Shown here: positions 39,532-54,375 of the stretch, in pieces
Numbering within the stretch: the stretch's first letter is position 1
How the letters are laid out: every line of letters begins with the position of its first letter
Assembly (NCBI GenBank): GCA_951406725.2
Contig: OX597822.1
Coordinates: 49,166,001-49,230,000, forward strand
Origin: Octopus vulgaris
Taxonomy: Eukaryota
Length of the DNA stretch: 64,000 nt
Direction: 5' to 3'
Program-made: the position numbers and the translations under genes
The notes under the pieces: model-generated
Seen by the model: only the letters and a program-made list of their open reading frames with translations
What the model was told of the DNA's origin: nothing
Databases searched by the model: none

Positions 39532-40255
39532 TATACATATATTGCTACTCACAATGTCTGGTGATCAGAAAACATTGTATTCTCACTGATGTGAGGCTGT
39601 ATAGTTGACTTCCCCATCACCAGCACCAGCACCACCAGCACCATGGTAACTACAAGAGAAGCTAAAACTCTTCTAACCCAGTTGGAAAAGTTATTCCAGC
39701 ATGTCGATTCCATGTAAAAAAAAAAAACTAATCTTTTTCACAATTTCCGTCATTGTGGAGATTACATATCGTTGGAATATATTCAGGCAGTATGCATATC
39801 ATCCATTGCTGGTAGTGCAATAACACATAAATGCATCGTCATCATATGAGAATCAGTCAAGAAGAAACTTGGTATTTTCTCACAAGAATTCAAATAGGTC
39901 CAATAAAAAAACGCAAGCTCAGAAAATTTTAAACTCGACTTTTGAATGTTGATATGACTAGAAGGTGTACGCAGATAGAAAGAAAACAACCAAATTATCA
40001 AGTTATGTTGCAATAATAACCTTAACTCGCTGACGAAACGTAAGCTAATTCAAATAGTCTTGTAGCTGACTCTATTGGTAACTTGTTTTTGAATTTCTCT
40101 CTAAGCTCTACATACGGAAATAATTTGAACATTGCATTGTAAACAGAAACACTGGTATTGTTTCAAGTTTACTTCTGGTAGTCAGTTTACTTCAACTTGC
40201 TTCAAACGTAGTACGTATATTAGGCATTATTAAAATAAACTATTAGTGTTCTTAC

Positions 40256-40367
40256 CTTGCTTCCAAAGAGAAAAGCCAGTGTCACTGTTGTTGTAAGTTG
40301 TGAATGTATGAAGACGACAAGATAAAGTAGATCAGGATTAGATGGGAATGGATCCTGGAAAAATATC
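40256..40367 (-). CDS. GPR158: GPR158-like GPCR exon (ECL3-TM7)
   Basis: Acceptor CTATTTGAAAG|, donor |GTAAGA; 112 nt, phase 2/0. Encodes IFFQDPFPSNPDLLYLVVFIHSQLTTTVTLAFLFGSK (cf. GPR158 ..LYFAHTHLTVTVTIGLLLIPK). Too short to appear in the ORF track. Confidence 0.9.
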
Positions 40368-42147
40368 CTTTCAAATAGAAACAGAATTATAATTACATAT
40401 GAGGAGAGATATTAAATGAAAAATACATTTATATTAGAGTTTTAAATACTCAGTAGGTACGAGGTATGTGTGTGTAAGTGTAGAAGGAAATGTGGCAGCA
40501 GAGTAATAGAAGTAGGAAGGAGAAGCGGCGAGAGTGTGAGGGAAGGCGAGTATGAATTCTTGTGAGAGGGAAAAGTAAGTGAGCATGATTGTCAAGGAAA
40601 AAAAGACTGCTCTCTATGTCATGTATTCAAGCCGTTGAATTTGCATTTCGTCTTTACAATATATTGATTTCTAATCCAGACATAAGGCCACATATACACA
40701 CGAAGTGAATATAGTTAATTGCACTGACCCCAAAATATTATTGGTACTCTATTTTCTCGGCTCCGAAAGATGAATGGCGAAATAATTTGGTCTAGATTTT
40801 TTGTATCTAGTCAATAGTTTAAATGTAGAATTAGAAGTGTAGTTCAAGTGGGGAGAGTCTGCTTTGTGATTTAAATTATCCGTAGACAGCATTTTCAGTT
40901 GATTTATGCTTGAGAGGGATGCAATTTATATCTTACTTGTTTCCCATTGTCCTAAAACACAGTGGCTTTATCAACCCATCGCAATATCAGTAGTTCATGT
41001 AGAACGCTGTAGCATAAAAGTAATATCCGGACAATCCATATCTATAGTTTTAATTTGCGGTCAAAAACTCATTAGACCAGTGATGTTTTTGGAGTAAAAG
41101 TATGAATGTTAAAAATTACTCATTTCCCTTATAAGTACAAGATTTTATAACAGTGCAAAATTATTAAACGTTTTAACTTTGTCTTCTTAAGGTCAAAATT
41201 TGCAGTCATCATTGCATGATCCCCATGGATGTGGAGTAAGGTAGTTTGTGATGTTGAAGGATTATCATTTGCATATAGAGGAGATCTGACGTGTCAGACA
41301 GGGTTCTTCATCTAATGGAATAGTTGTGGATATACTGATGTAAAAGTAAAGGTTTTTGGCTAGATTTTTCAAGCATGGATATTACATGGATACTACTTTT
41401 GAAGAGCTGAATTTCGAAGTACAACCCAAAGTAATAAATCAGTAAAAAGAACCCCAAATGATGTCTTAAACAAATGGAAAACTCAATGAATTACTAGTTA
41501 ACTCTTTTGGTAAATGTGTATGGTTTATTTTGGAGTTGATATGTATTTTGCATCAAATTATTGTAGTGATTCTTTTACGAATATGAGAAATCCGCAACAT
41601 AATGTTCTGCGAAACGCGTTAGAATGAGGGAGCGCTTGAAAGGTAGGTAATTTCCTTATTGTAACATATATGTATAGGCTAATCTTTCAACATCGAAATG
41701 TTGATCTTGTAAAAAGCTAGGGTTAACTTTCTCTCGTGTGAGTTTTAAGGATAGGGTGGCTTGATACAGAGAAGAGGGATCTTCCAGTAAAATAAATTAG
41801 TCTACCAATGAGTACATGTGATACCTAGGGTAGGTGGTCTTCCAGTAGAATAAATTAGTTTATGACATGAGGAAGTGGCGTGGTCGAACGTTTAAGGTAA
41901 TGACTTCACACACCGGAAAATGTTTTTTATCGTAACATCAGCTCTCTGCACTGTTTCGCGGCAAGCTTACTTATTCCGTGCTGCATCTATATATATATAT
42001 ATATATATATATCAAGATCGCTAATATATAAGATCGTTAATTTAAATATCGATCTTATCAAGTGGCCAGCATGGGAATAAAAAACCTTCAAAGGTAATAA
42101 TTATTATTAAAATTATAATTTAGGGTATCTAAGAGGTACCACTACGC

Positions 42148-42300
42148 TTGAAATAGCAGCCAAAACTTGACTCTAAAACCACATTAATTGTTCATACAGC
42201 CCCAGGAGAGAAGACAAAAGTTTATTTTGTCCTTTTGTCTTCTCTCCTGGTGCGGTATAAACATTTAATGTGGTTTAGATTCAAGTTTTGGCTGCTATTT

Positions 42301-42303
<3 letters not shown>
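42148..42303. repeat. Palindrome with ~70-bp arms
   Basis: TTGAAATAGCAGCCAAAACTTGA...CCAGGAGAGAAGACAAAAG vs CTTTTGTCTTCTCTCCTGG...TCAAGTTTTGGCTGCTATTTCAA. Confidence 0.9.
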
Positions 42304-42349
<46 letters not shown>

Positions 42350-42703
42350 CACAAATAATGTTGTAGTACTGAAGGGTTGTTACCTGCTAAAATTCTTACT
42401 GGTTAAACATTTTAGGAGTTTAGGAAGTGTCTCTACGACACGGGCAGATTAAATACTACAAGGCATTTGTGTTCGATGCACCAGTTACATACATACGTTA
42501 CATACATTACACACACACACATTTGTAAGCATGTATGCATCTATCTATCTACTTATCTGTGCGCCAGTCAAGTTTTACTAACAAGTGTATAATAGAAGGC
42601 AATTTCTCAAGGCACTGTGAAGTGGATAAAAACTCGGAACCATGCGTTTTCTACACACTATAATTTGATTGCGTGTACTTTAAGACAATATAAAAGTACT
42701 TAC

Positions 42704-42842
42704 ATGGAAACATTTAAAAATAATGAAAGTAAAGTTTCGTTGTATATGGCCCAACTTATAAACCGACTTTCGTTGAATTCAGACGGTGCTTTTCGTACAA
42801 CAATACATAATCGTACTCCCCAGAGGAGGAAGAGAAGCTCGG
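42704..42842 (-). CDS. GPR158: GPR158-like GPCR exon (TM5-ICL3-TM6)
   Basis: Acceptor TTTTGCAG|, donor |GTAAGT; 139 nt. Encodes AELLFLLWGVRLCIVVRKAPSEFNESRFISWAIYNETLLSLFLNVS(M), closely resembling GPR158 AEFLFLLWGVYLC..VPSAFHEPR...NE and the class C P-x-x-FNE motif. Confidence 0.93.
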
Positions 42843-43342
42843 CTGCAAAAGTTAAGGATAAAGTAAATTGCCATTGGCTGTATAATAATATAAAGACAAA
42901 AACAAATATTAACAAAGCATATTGTATATATCATAGAGACCAAGATACACAAAAAACTCCACCACACTCTTCAACGCTGCGAAAGAATTCTAATTTGTTA
43001 TCTGCAGCGAGCTATCTTGAGATATATTAAAACTTTCTATATGTGCAACCGGTCAATACCTTTACAAAAATGGGTTTAATGAACTTGCTTCGTCGGAAAC
43101 TGTGGTTGGAATAGTTTTGTGACAACATTTCCTGTTCTTCGACAAATATTGAAACACATATGTAGATGTGAAAATACTAAACAACATAAAGAAAGTCTTA
43201 TTCACGGCAAAAGTAATATCTGGCTCGGTCAATAGCCGGAAAAAACATACGAAAGTAGGTGTTGGTATGTATACTTTAATTGACAGAAAGTGAACTCGTG
43301 ACACATATGCACACATGCACATATATATACGCAGGCAAACAC

Positions 43343-43438
<96 letters not shown>

Positions 43439-43841
43439 GTGAGTGTGTGTGTGTGTCTGTCGGCACAATATGGTCGAATGGTTAATAAGTTCGATTGATA
43501 ACAATGAGGTCTGAGATTCAATCCCATTGAGAGGCGTCTTAGGCAAATGTCTTTTCCTATAAGCCTCAGATTGACTCATACCTTGGGAAGAAATTAAGGA
43601 AATGCAAATTATAGAAGCTTCTAGGATGGATTATACCTATAATTCAAAAGATAGAGCCTTGTCACACACAGTGTCACACTGATACTGCTTGAGAATTAAC
43701 TTGTAGAATAGCCAGCCTCTTAAATATTTATTCGAAAGTAGATAATTCAGTTGATCGAACAGCAGTCATCATTGTCGTACACCCCTCACAACTCCTCTCT
43801 CTCTCGCACATACACTCACTCACACATTCATTAATATATAC

Positions 43842-43896
<55 letters not shown>

Positions 43897-44199
43897 ACCG
43901 CGTGTGTACCGTTGGCGATTTTTCTCCCTTTTCCTATGTTTCTGACGAAGAGCTCCGCATCCAATAATACTATATTTGTTCCACGTCCTCGCGTTGTTGT
44001 GTTTTCTGTTTGTGTTTTCACGTTTGGATTAACTTTATATATATATAATGAATAGATAAGGATAATAGATTCAGGCAGGATCCAAAATAATTCAATAATG
44101 AATTTTCTGGCTACTAATTTTATGTCAACTTTGGATAAACTAGAGTTTCTCAAAGCAAATATCAGTTCTTAGTTGAGAAGATGTGTAATGGTTAATTAT

Positions 44200-44850
44200 T
44201 GAGTGGATTTGTCATGTTTTTTATCCTTAATATCAGTGAATCATTCTATTACTTCGTAAGAACTGGACCATAAGTTAACTTTAACTGTGTTCTTTAGTTT
44301 GTGTAGGTATTTACCGCTGATAAGTTTACTAATTTTGCCTAAATCCAAGGCAGAGGCATGCATCTGCCAGTCTGAGGAATGGATTAGTGGGGAGAATTAG
44401 GCTTATGGTCTTTCATGTTGATTCTAGTGGGTTCTAGGGAGGTATGGTTCAGCTCTGTCTCTTAAATTGAACTTCTCCACTACCCTTTTAGCCTGTAAGT
44501 CTAAATTAAGGGTATTTTGATGTGTTATTTTATAGTTTTTCACGTTATCTTTTTTAATTAAAGGGTTGTATACATTATAATCTAAGTGGTATATATCACC
44601 GATTATGTCCGCGTGTACTGGAATTTAATGCTCCTGATAATACTCCAGATTTTTTTAAATCTGGCTAGTTGTGGATAAGGTGGTGGAACCTCAGGAAATT
44701 TAAATAAATGCTGCAAATCCTCGTCGTTGTTGGTCTGGTCGTTTTTGTTTTCTTTCCGATCAAACTCATATGTGCATCACTTCATGTGCCGCATAAAAGA
44801 ATTGGTTTTTAAAAAAATGTTTTTTTAGGTATTCTTTTTTGGGTAGCAAT
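44200..44850 (-). mobile_element. Penelope-like RT N-terminal fragment
   Basis: LDLQAKRVVEKFNLRDRAEPY...NMKDHKPNS...LDLGKISKLISGKYLHKLKNTVKVNLWSSSYEVIE*F (PLE TLKDHKxNF...ELGKISK...VNQW motif). Confidence 0.7.
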
Positions 44851-45689
44851 GAAAGAGATGTATTTATGGTAAGCTTCTCCATATGCAGGTTGACTGCCTT
44901 AAGTGCTCAGGAAAAATTTGAGTATATATATAATGAATAAATCGAGATAATAGATCCAGGCTGGTACTATTCAAACATTCTAGTATTATCAAAGTTCTGG
45001 CGAACCACATCCAATGGCAAGGAGTAACTTGGGACAATCCCAATATATTTCATCCGATGGATAAATATTGAGTTCGCTTTGTTGGATTATAAACAGAAAC
45101 GAAATAAAGGAGAATATGAATAGAAATATGATTCCAAATCAAGCAGTTAATGGTAACAAGAATATTGGAAATAACCGGAGAACCTCCATAACCGAAATGT
45201 GAACTCCATTAAAAACGCTTGGAATCGCTATAGCGAAAATAGTTGCATAATGGGCCAGGCTAATAATAAACTAGGTATATGGTTATATTCCTATAATTAA
45301 GAGAGAGCAAACACTAAAGTATCTATGGAAGGCTTTCTAGATGCGTTCAACTGACAGTCGAGATAAACCGGTGGCTGTAAGGAGTGCATCATTCTTGTAC
45401 AGACCTCCGGAGATGTTAGGGAGGTGTTGGTTGATCTGGGAAAAGAAGCAAGAGGTGGACCAGGTTAGTAACATGGGTGGAGTCGGATGAGCCCATGGTT
45501 ATATCAAAATATATCCACAGACTAGTTACGTGATCAGTAATTATTATTGAAGTATAAAAGTGTTTTCCTAGTCGCCATGAAGATATTGATTTCAGATCGG
45601 GAAATACTTCCTTGCAAAGATTAGGGTCTTATTTAAAAGAATAGGAGATATGGAAGCATAGTAGTTCGAAATGTGAAACCGAAGGAACT

Positions 45690-46290
45690 GGGTGCGTGAT
45701 TTATCAGAAAGGGAGTGGAACCAAGTGATGATGTCACTGGTACAATTCCAAAGTCAAAGTTTAACCTTACTCCTTACTAGTATTATCGGTTCGGTCGACT
45801 TTGCATTTGCTAATTCGACCTAAGTCTAATTTTGTGGGAAAGCTTAGTCTAATAAAAGGTTTGGTGAAGAAGTTGGGATTATGGCCCTTCAGGGTGAAGT
45901 GGGGGTGGTGTGTATAGTTCAGTTCTGTACAGTAGCCCGAGGTCCGCGACGAGCTTAGAATGGAGGTTGTTAATGTCCATAATAGCATTCCTATGTGCTT
46001 GATTATAGTTTCTGCAGAGTTCCTTGAGTATGAGGGCATATGTTTCAACCGGGAGGAGTAGAGTTTCCCAGTTTTATCCGAAAAGACGTGTTTATGTTAG
46101 ATATAATCCAAGAGAGCTTCTTCTGGAAAGAATTGGTTTTACCAGAAAACTTAATATATTTTAGCATTCGAAGTAAATCCTTTTCAAAGTTAGCCAGAGC
46201 AGGGTTAGGGGGGTGTATTTTTGTGAGTTTTTAGGTTATAAGAGTCCTTGTTCTTGGAGGAGTTAGAGGTATTAGATTTATTATACAGAC
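45690..46290 (-). mobile_element. Second Penelope-like RT N-terminal fragment
   Basis: KTHKNTPPNPALANFEKDLLRMLKYIKFS..NSFQKKL...; FTLKGHNPNFFTKPFIRLSFPTKLDLGRISK. Confidence 0.7.
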
Positions 46291-46740
46291 GTATACAATC
46301 GGAGCGTGATAGAAACGTTTATTTCGGTGATTGCAATCTTTCTTGGAAAACAATTTCTTTCGCTACCAGCAACAAAAAAAAGTATAAAAAATACACAAAA
46401 CACAAAAACAGAAAAATCCAAGCAAAATCAAAAGCGATTTATCATTTAGAAAAGCAAGGATGCTTTTCACATATGTGCTGATCGGTAACCTCTCATATGA
46501 TTGATCTGCTGTATCTTTCCAACTACAAGAATTCTTACTGCCGGTTCATGTATTCTATTCAGCTACAGAATTTATTTTACGAGTAGATCAATTCATCTGT
46601 CTCCAAATTTTGGTAAATTACTTAAGCACAAAACCAAATTTTCGTGGTGGACAATAATGGTAGAATTGATATACCTGTACGTGGTTATCCAAGATGTGAG
46701 GCATAATGGCGATATCATCCTCAAGCCATACCATTACACA

Positions 46741-46787
<47 letters not shown>

Positions 46788-47228
46788 ACACACACACACA
46801 CACATACACACACACACACACAATGGGCATGTTGGATAATGTAGCTCTATACAGACGTAGTTAGAATGCTTAGGTCTGTTTTAGATGGTGCTTGGAAATT
46901 GGGGATAAACTCTCACGACTGTATATTACAACTTCTTAAACTTAGTTCTTTGTTGGATAAACTCCCATCTGTTTCCTTCTCAGTACTGAAATGTTATTAA
47001 AGTGTTAAGTTTGAGAATGCAAGAGTTCAATGTTAAAACCAATTAATGATCTGATACAGCATATCAAAATTGTGTTTAAACAACTACAGCGTATTTAAGT
47101 AATTCTGAAAGGGTTTGGATTAAGGAAGCAGAGGGACATGAATTTATTGCAATACATTTCGTTCGTTCGTTACTATCTTGACTGCCTGTGCTCTCTGCTG
47201 TTTAATGATCTCAACATGCGATCTAGTC

Positions 47229-47645
<417 letters not shown>

Positions 47646-48095
47646 ATATATATATATATATAATAAATATATATATATAAATGAATTGATCTACTCGTAA
47701 AATAAATTCTGTAGCTGAATAGAATACATGAACCGGCAGTAAGAATTCTTGTAGTTGGAAAGATACAGCAGATCAATCATATGAGAGGTTACCGATCAGC
47801 ACATATGTGAAAAGCATCCTTGCTTTTCTAAATGATAAATATATATATATTTATATATATTTATAGAATATTAGCAACAGAAGCAATATTAGTATCAAAA
47901 GATAATGTTCATATCCAACTTAACGTGGATGCCTTCTTAGAACACCGAATACTGCATTGTTAGCCTTGAAAGATTTTCTCGTTTAGGCAGTTAGTGTATT
48001 AAAGCAGACACTTAGATCGTAGCAGGTGAAATTCGTATGTCATGGACATCAGAATTTCGATTTCAGGTGATTTCAGTCTATTGGGTCTCCCTTAG

Positions 48096-48130
<35 letters not shown>

Positions 48131-48789
48131 AACATTCACTGTCAGTTTACTGATTTCAACATGTAATATAACTATTCGATAAATATAGTTCCATAGAACA
48201 AGAAAGTTACGAAAATAAATTTCATCGACATGAGCAACAAAAACTCTAAATGATTGCAATAACAAATAACCATGTTGAAATGATTAAATTGAGTTCGAAT
48301 CCCACCGAGCTTGACGTTGCTTTTCATTCTTCTAGAACCGATAAATTAATCATACTAGTCAAGCATTATGATCTGTGTAATCGACAACAATTTTTCACCG
48401 ACCAAAAGCTGTGTTCTTGCCCTGTGTCTACACTAGAAATCAATATCTTAGACATTACTTCAAACATTAAAACTCTTCTGTGACAGAGTTTAACATATAA
48501 ATATTCAGCCATCAATTTTCTGTAACAAATCTTTCTTTTATGTTACAAATTTGTGACATTGGTGACTGATATTCTCTTGATGATGTAAATATTACGTTAG
48601 TTTCTGATCTTTTGTTACAGATATTCTGTTATAAAAGAACAAAGAATCATGATTCCACTGCAAATGTGCTGTTGTATATATTCCGTTAAATCTAACAAGT
48701 CTAAGAAATCTTTTATAGCTGTCTGGATACAAATTTTCTGTTATAAACATTCTATTACACGTGCATACACACACCCCCTCCCCCACACG

Positions 48790-49575
48790 GAAACACTTGC
48801 TTGTTTCCAGTACATCTAAATCTAGGATTCGTTGTATTTGGAATTCACTCAGATATTCTTGATGTTTTTTTTGTTTTCATGCTTTAAAACAAGTTTTAAC
48901 ATCCAGTCATCAGAGTTTTTCAGGTAGGTGTTGAGGCTATTTGTGGCAATCTTCATTGTTAATGCCAATTGTGGAAGTTCACGGCCTCCCTCTTTTCTTG
49001 ACAGATAAAGTCGTTGTATATCTGCCTTAGGATAGTGCATTCTATGCATTGTCAACAATCTTCGATTCTTTCTGTCAAGATTACATATTTCAGTAACTGA
49101 CTAGTTAACGATATTGAAACTGTAAGTCACGACTGGTATGGCTAAAGTATTGATAGCTTCGATCCTGTTTCTTGCATTCAGCTCTGCCTTTAGTATTGCT
49201 CTCACCCTGCGATAACATTCTCTCCTGATCCTTTCTCTCATCACTGAATGTTTGATTCCGTCCCCTTCAAATACCCCTAGGCATTTGTAGCTCTCCGCTC
49301 GTTCTAACTCTTTTATGATATTCTGCTGGTCAAGGTTAATGTTAGATATTTCATTTTTCCTTTGATAAAGGTAGCTTTTGCACATTTATCGAGGCCAAAT
49401 TGCATCCTGATGTCATCACTGAATTGTGTATCAATCGCGAGTAAACTGTAAGTCACGACTTTAGATTTAAAGCTCTTTGCAAAAAATGACCAACAACTCA
49501 AGGGCTTACTAGCGATTGTTAAACAATTCAGTGATGACAACAGAATGCAATTTGGCTTCGATAAATGTTCAAAAG
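48790..49575 (-). mobile_element. R4/Dong-clade LINE RT fragment with inverted 5' segment
   Basis: Minus: FSDDIRMQFGLDKCAK...SYKCLGV...ELNARNRIEAINTLAIPVVTYSF...MHYPKADIQRLYLSRKEGGR. Plus 49464-49573: DLKLFAKNDQQLKGLLAIVKQFSDDNRMQFGFDKC. Confidence 0.88.
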
Positions 49576-51033
49576 ACGGGCTAGATTATTTTATGCGCAA
49601 CTCCATTGTCTCCCGAGACAAAAAGGATGCCAACAACAATATTTATCCTACGGATATATAGATTACATTGTTCCAACCCCGTTCCAAGTTTTGTTAGACC
49701 CTTTGTACAACATCCATCTATTATCAGTATTATTTATTTATTATCTGTTAGTATAAATTGTTAGAGCTATTAAAAGTATTTTTCACATAACATCTTCACC
49801 TTGCCGTCGTTATGGCATATAAACCGTTTTTTTCTTATTTTTTATAAACTGTACATTCTCATATCTTTTTACAAATCTTAATATCCTATTATCCATTGTT
49901 TGCTTTATAATTCTTTCTAAGTTTGAATTTTTTAAAAATTACTATATCTGAAAACATTTCCTTTTAAAAAGTTTGGTACCTTTTAATTATTTACTTTATA
50001 TCTAATATTGAATATTTGATATTTCTTATCGTTACCTTCTCGGAATCGTTGGTTATGATCTAAAAGAATTTTTATTTTCATATTTGTATATTCTTATTTT
50101 TATTTTTACTTATATTTTCATTCTTAATCTTATTGATATCTCCTTTATAAATCTTATCACAATAATCTTTTTTCTATATACTTTATCTTCCTTTATAGTT
50201 TCAACTTATATTTAATTTTCCATAGCTCAGGTGTTATAGTGGGCCTCTACCCACTTTAATGATTCCCAAAGTCATGCTTTAAGTCTTTGCCTCTTTAAAC
50301 TTTAATTCCTTTATCGTTTACTTTTTCTCTTTTTATATTATGGTAATTAGTAACGGTTGGGTGGGCTTTCTTTTTTGTTTATTTTATTTCATTATTTTTT
50401 AAATTTTATCTTCTCCTTCCCCTAGTCAGCTTCCCCCCCTGCTTAGTGGTAGAGGTAAAGCTTGTGAACTGGTTCTATTTTAAGTGACCTTGATAACTTA
50501 GTAGATTAGTAGATTAGGCTGACCACAAATATATAGAAAAAAGATTATTATGATAAAATTTACAAAGGAGATATCAGTAAGATTAAGAATAAAAATAAAA
50601 GTAAATATATATTTGAGCGTAAAGACAATAGAAAACTTATAACAGTAAGTCAAAATATATTTATTACAGCTGAAAATTTTGAATTTGACTCCAAGTTTCA
50701 TGTGTCCGATCCTCGAGCGAAATTTGAGGATGGAAACAAGAATCCATTAATACAGATATCTTGATACGGAAAACATTTGATTGGACGCGTGCACAACGAT
50801 AAAATCGAATAAACACAAAAAATAAAATATAATAAGTACATAATGGAAAACTTTCTATGGTAAACTGCAGGGGTGTTAAGCTAAAGGCTTTCCTAAATGT
50901 TATTCACACACAAATACAATAAAGATACAATAATGCTAAGGAATGAACACAGTAACGAAGCGAGAAAGGAAGTGAAGTAGAGAAAATAAGAATGTGAACT
51001 ATACCCGTCTGTCTGCTATCTGCCTGCCTGCCA

Positions 51034-51121
<88 letters not shown>

Positions 51122-52205
51122 ATCTATCGATGTATCTAAATTAAATTATCTGTCTGTATATCGGCTTGGTATTCAAATGCTACAAAACTGACTTCCACAT
51201 TATTATTCCCAATCTCAGGAGGTAGTTTATATAATATCTATTTTGAGAAATATCTCCTAAATCTCTCTTAAATAATATCATACTCTTTGCCAAAAATATA
51301 TGTTGGAGAAAGTTTAAATGAAGTTGTATAGGTAGAAATGAGAAAGACACTAAGTTGGAAAAGAGCGGTAGTATCAGGAAAAGAAATATTTGAAAATACG
51401 TGTGATGTCAAATTCTATTTTTCGTCTTCCTTCAGTCTCTCTATAATCGTTCCTTCTCTTTCTCTCTGTGTTTCTCCCCCCCCTCTCTCTGGAATAGTGG
51501 AATAGAGAGAGATATAGAATGAGAAGGACACATGAGGCGGGAGAAGGGAGAGAGACAGAAGCGAAGAGAGAAGGAACTGATTGCGTCTGTATATTTGCTT
51601 TTTTTTTAATTCTATCTTTTATGGATGCTTTTCTTGACCAGCTAGAAATAGTAGCCAAATGTGCCCTTCATCACACTATATTCTTTTATGTGTATTTATG
51701 TTTGATCCAATGTAAGAGATCAGTACATTGTAGCTATACCTTATAGAAGTATCTCCTTCAAACCTCACCTTATGTCGGAGTCAATGGGGTAGTCACTATA
51801 CAGTAGCTAGACCTGTAAGAAATAGCACCCAGAAAATTTTTAGGGACACTTTATTGTTTTATGTATGTCTCAACCAACAAATGAATATCTACTCATTATG
51901 AAGACAAGACAGAAATAGTTGCCAAATATCGCTCAAATCTTATGTTATCGGATGTGTGTGTGTGTATGTGTGTGCGTGCATGTGAACGTGTGCGCATGTG
52001 TATGAATGAACCAACGAGAGAGAGCTCTATATAGAGGCTAAATCTAGTATAAAAATGCCTAAACTGCGTTCAAACCACAGCCTCATGTCCTATGTATATC
52101 CATCTATCTATGTAGCTGCCTGTCTCTCTGTCTTTTTACCAATACATCTATCTATCTATCTATCTATATATCTATCTATCTATCTGTCTATCTATATACA
52201 TGAGT

Positions 52206-52300
52206 CAACCATGGTAGGCAGATGTAACCATGGTAGCTAGATGCAACCATGGTAGCTAGATGTAACCATGGTAGCTAGATGTAACCATGGTGGCTAGAAA
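52206..52300 (+). repeat. 19-bp minisatellite x5
   Basis: (Y)AACCATGGTAGCTAGATG repeated, running into the GCTAGAAATAGC dispersed motif. Confidence 0.9.
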
Positions 52301-53569
52301 TAGCACCCACATTTCTATCTGATCATAAAGTTGATCCTACAAAAATTTATAATGAAATAGCACAAACGTCACACTAAAATATATCTCATGTGCAGAATGT
52401 GAAGTCGTGTCAGCAATATTTCCTGAATACTGTTGTTTCTTTTCCCCAATATCTCTGATACCTATTGATTTGTCATTTGAATTTAAAGGACATGAATCTT
52501 CTGTCGGACACAGCTTCGCCCTGACGATCAATATATCTCAAGGGCAATTATCAAAAGTTGTTGGACTGAACAAGATGAATAAATTGATCATGTAAAAGGC
52601 TCGTTTTCACATCATTACCTTCATCTAGGCACTTTAAGAGTTGAAAAATGAGATGGTTTCTTCATGATAGCACCATGAGACAAGTAACAGTATTCTTGTT
52701 TATAATGAAGTGCGGAATGAATGATTGACCAAACAAACTTTCACTGTAATTCCTTCTTTAGTGAACACAGAGCTCATATTTTATTGCTCAAGTCTGAAAA
52801 ATACTGCTTGGTGTTACTTTGATACAACAGTGGGACCAGTGGAATAGATAGAAAAAGGAAAAAATTATTACTAGCTTTCAAAATGCTTTTATAGAAGTTT
52901 TGTTTTTTTATTCGGAAACCTATAAATAAATATGATAAACAGGCTGAAACTCTACCTTCCCCTGCTCAATGCAACAAGAAAGGGATCTAGTAGAGGATAA
53001 AAAACATAACACATCAGAAGTAAAAAACGAAAAGGAAAAGAGAGAAGTAAAATGCATGTGAATATTGGAAACTTTGTGTTGAAATTCTATGGTAGATCTG
53101 TCTGTTGAAAAATCAGCAGCTGATATTTTGCTTAATGCAGACGCATATATATCTTGAATTCCCACTAACCTTGTCACTTCAGCAAAGTTGGCAACGAAGA
53201 TTATTTCTTGTTGCAATATTTGCAAGTAGTTCATGTTTCAGTAAAAATATTGTTACGAGTTACTGTCTATACCCAAATATAAAAGAGGATAGTTGAAAAT
53301 CACCTGCTTAGTAGTGGTAGAGGGATAAAGATATACAATATCAAACTAAACAAACAAAAAACAAATCGTAGGACATTTGACTCGTAAATATGTGTGAACA
53401 ATATTGGTCTTGAAAAACATTTGTCACCGACCCAATGTTAGTATGCTGGTCTGAAATCAGCATTCATTTCTACCTTGCCACAGTATAAACTCGCAAGCTG
53501 ATTTCCATTAAGTTACAAGATAATGTTACCAATGTTTGACTGATGTTTTGAATTAGTGGAATTGATAAA

Positions 53570-54075
53570 ACTTGTGAAAGTTTTGCAACAAGAGTTGTAA
53601 ACTTCAACAGAATTTCTACGAAAGATTTTATATCTATGAATTAAAGCCGACTTAAGAAATTCATTTGTTATATTGTACGAACATTCAAGTTAAAAGCATG
53701 ATTAAACCAAAGATCTTTCCTGTTTAAATTTCTACATCTGGTAGCTAAATTCCTGGTTACGTATTCCATGTGAAAAATTCACTACAATTATGTGGTTCAT
53801 TATAAAATTCCGTAGTCTTTATAAAAGCAACAACACCTGAAGCTTAGGATAATATACGTCAATTAACAGTGGGTTCTAAATTAGAGAATATTCACTGAGT
53901 GATTATTAATATAAAATAACTTTTCATTACAGTTATAGCAATAGACATATTTTAAGCGTCTAAATCCACAGTTTACATTTAGAAAATTAACATTTGCTAG
54001 AATTCTCTCAATTGTAATTTTTAAATCTAATTCACCGGAAAATGAAATAATCTGTCTTCCAAAATCTGTCAATGC
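53570..54075 (-). mobile_element. Highly decayed Penelope-like RT C-terminal fragment
   Basis: LDLKITIERILANVNFLNV...KLFYINNHS..P and RKDLWFNHAFNLNVRT, resembling the PLE LKITI..N...VNFLDV...YIN..SNHP...IIWFNPPF motifs. Confidence 0.55.
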
Positions 54076-54322
54076 AATCTGTATTCATTTTTCACAATAG
54101 AAATAATTTGTCATCACAATAAAACCATCCGCCAAACATCAGCAACCGTTTAGACAAAGTGTCTAAAACATGTAGTTTCCAACCAAAAACGCTTTAGAAA
54201 CATCAAACAAATTCTGCCCATTTTTTTTTTTAGGTGGCAGAATTATATATTAATAGCCGAGTTACTATTGATGATAAGGCATTGGTAAATGGGTTACCTT
54301 TGCACATCTATCCAATGAAAGA

Positions 54323-54375
<53 letters not shown>

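Noticed and set aside
42843-42915. N-terminal part of ORF 42700..42915 and an alternative acceptor at 42877
   Set aside because: This is an intronic pyrimidine tract. The upstream AG would add 35 nt and break frame with the 57977 donor.
52206-52300. CRISPR-like array
   Set aside because: Units are head-to-tail with no unique spacers, and the context is eukaryotic.
52340-53310. Possible transposase remnant (ORF 52920..53234)
   Set aside because: Coding-like composition but no motif I can recognise with confidence.
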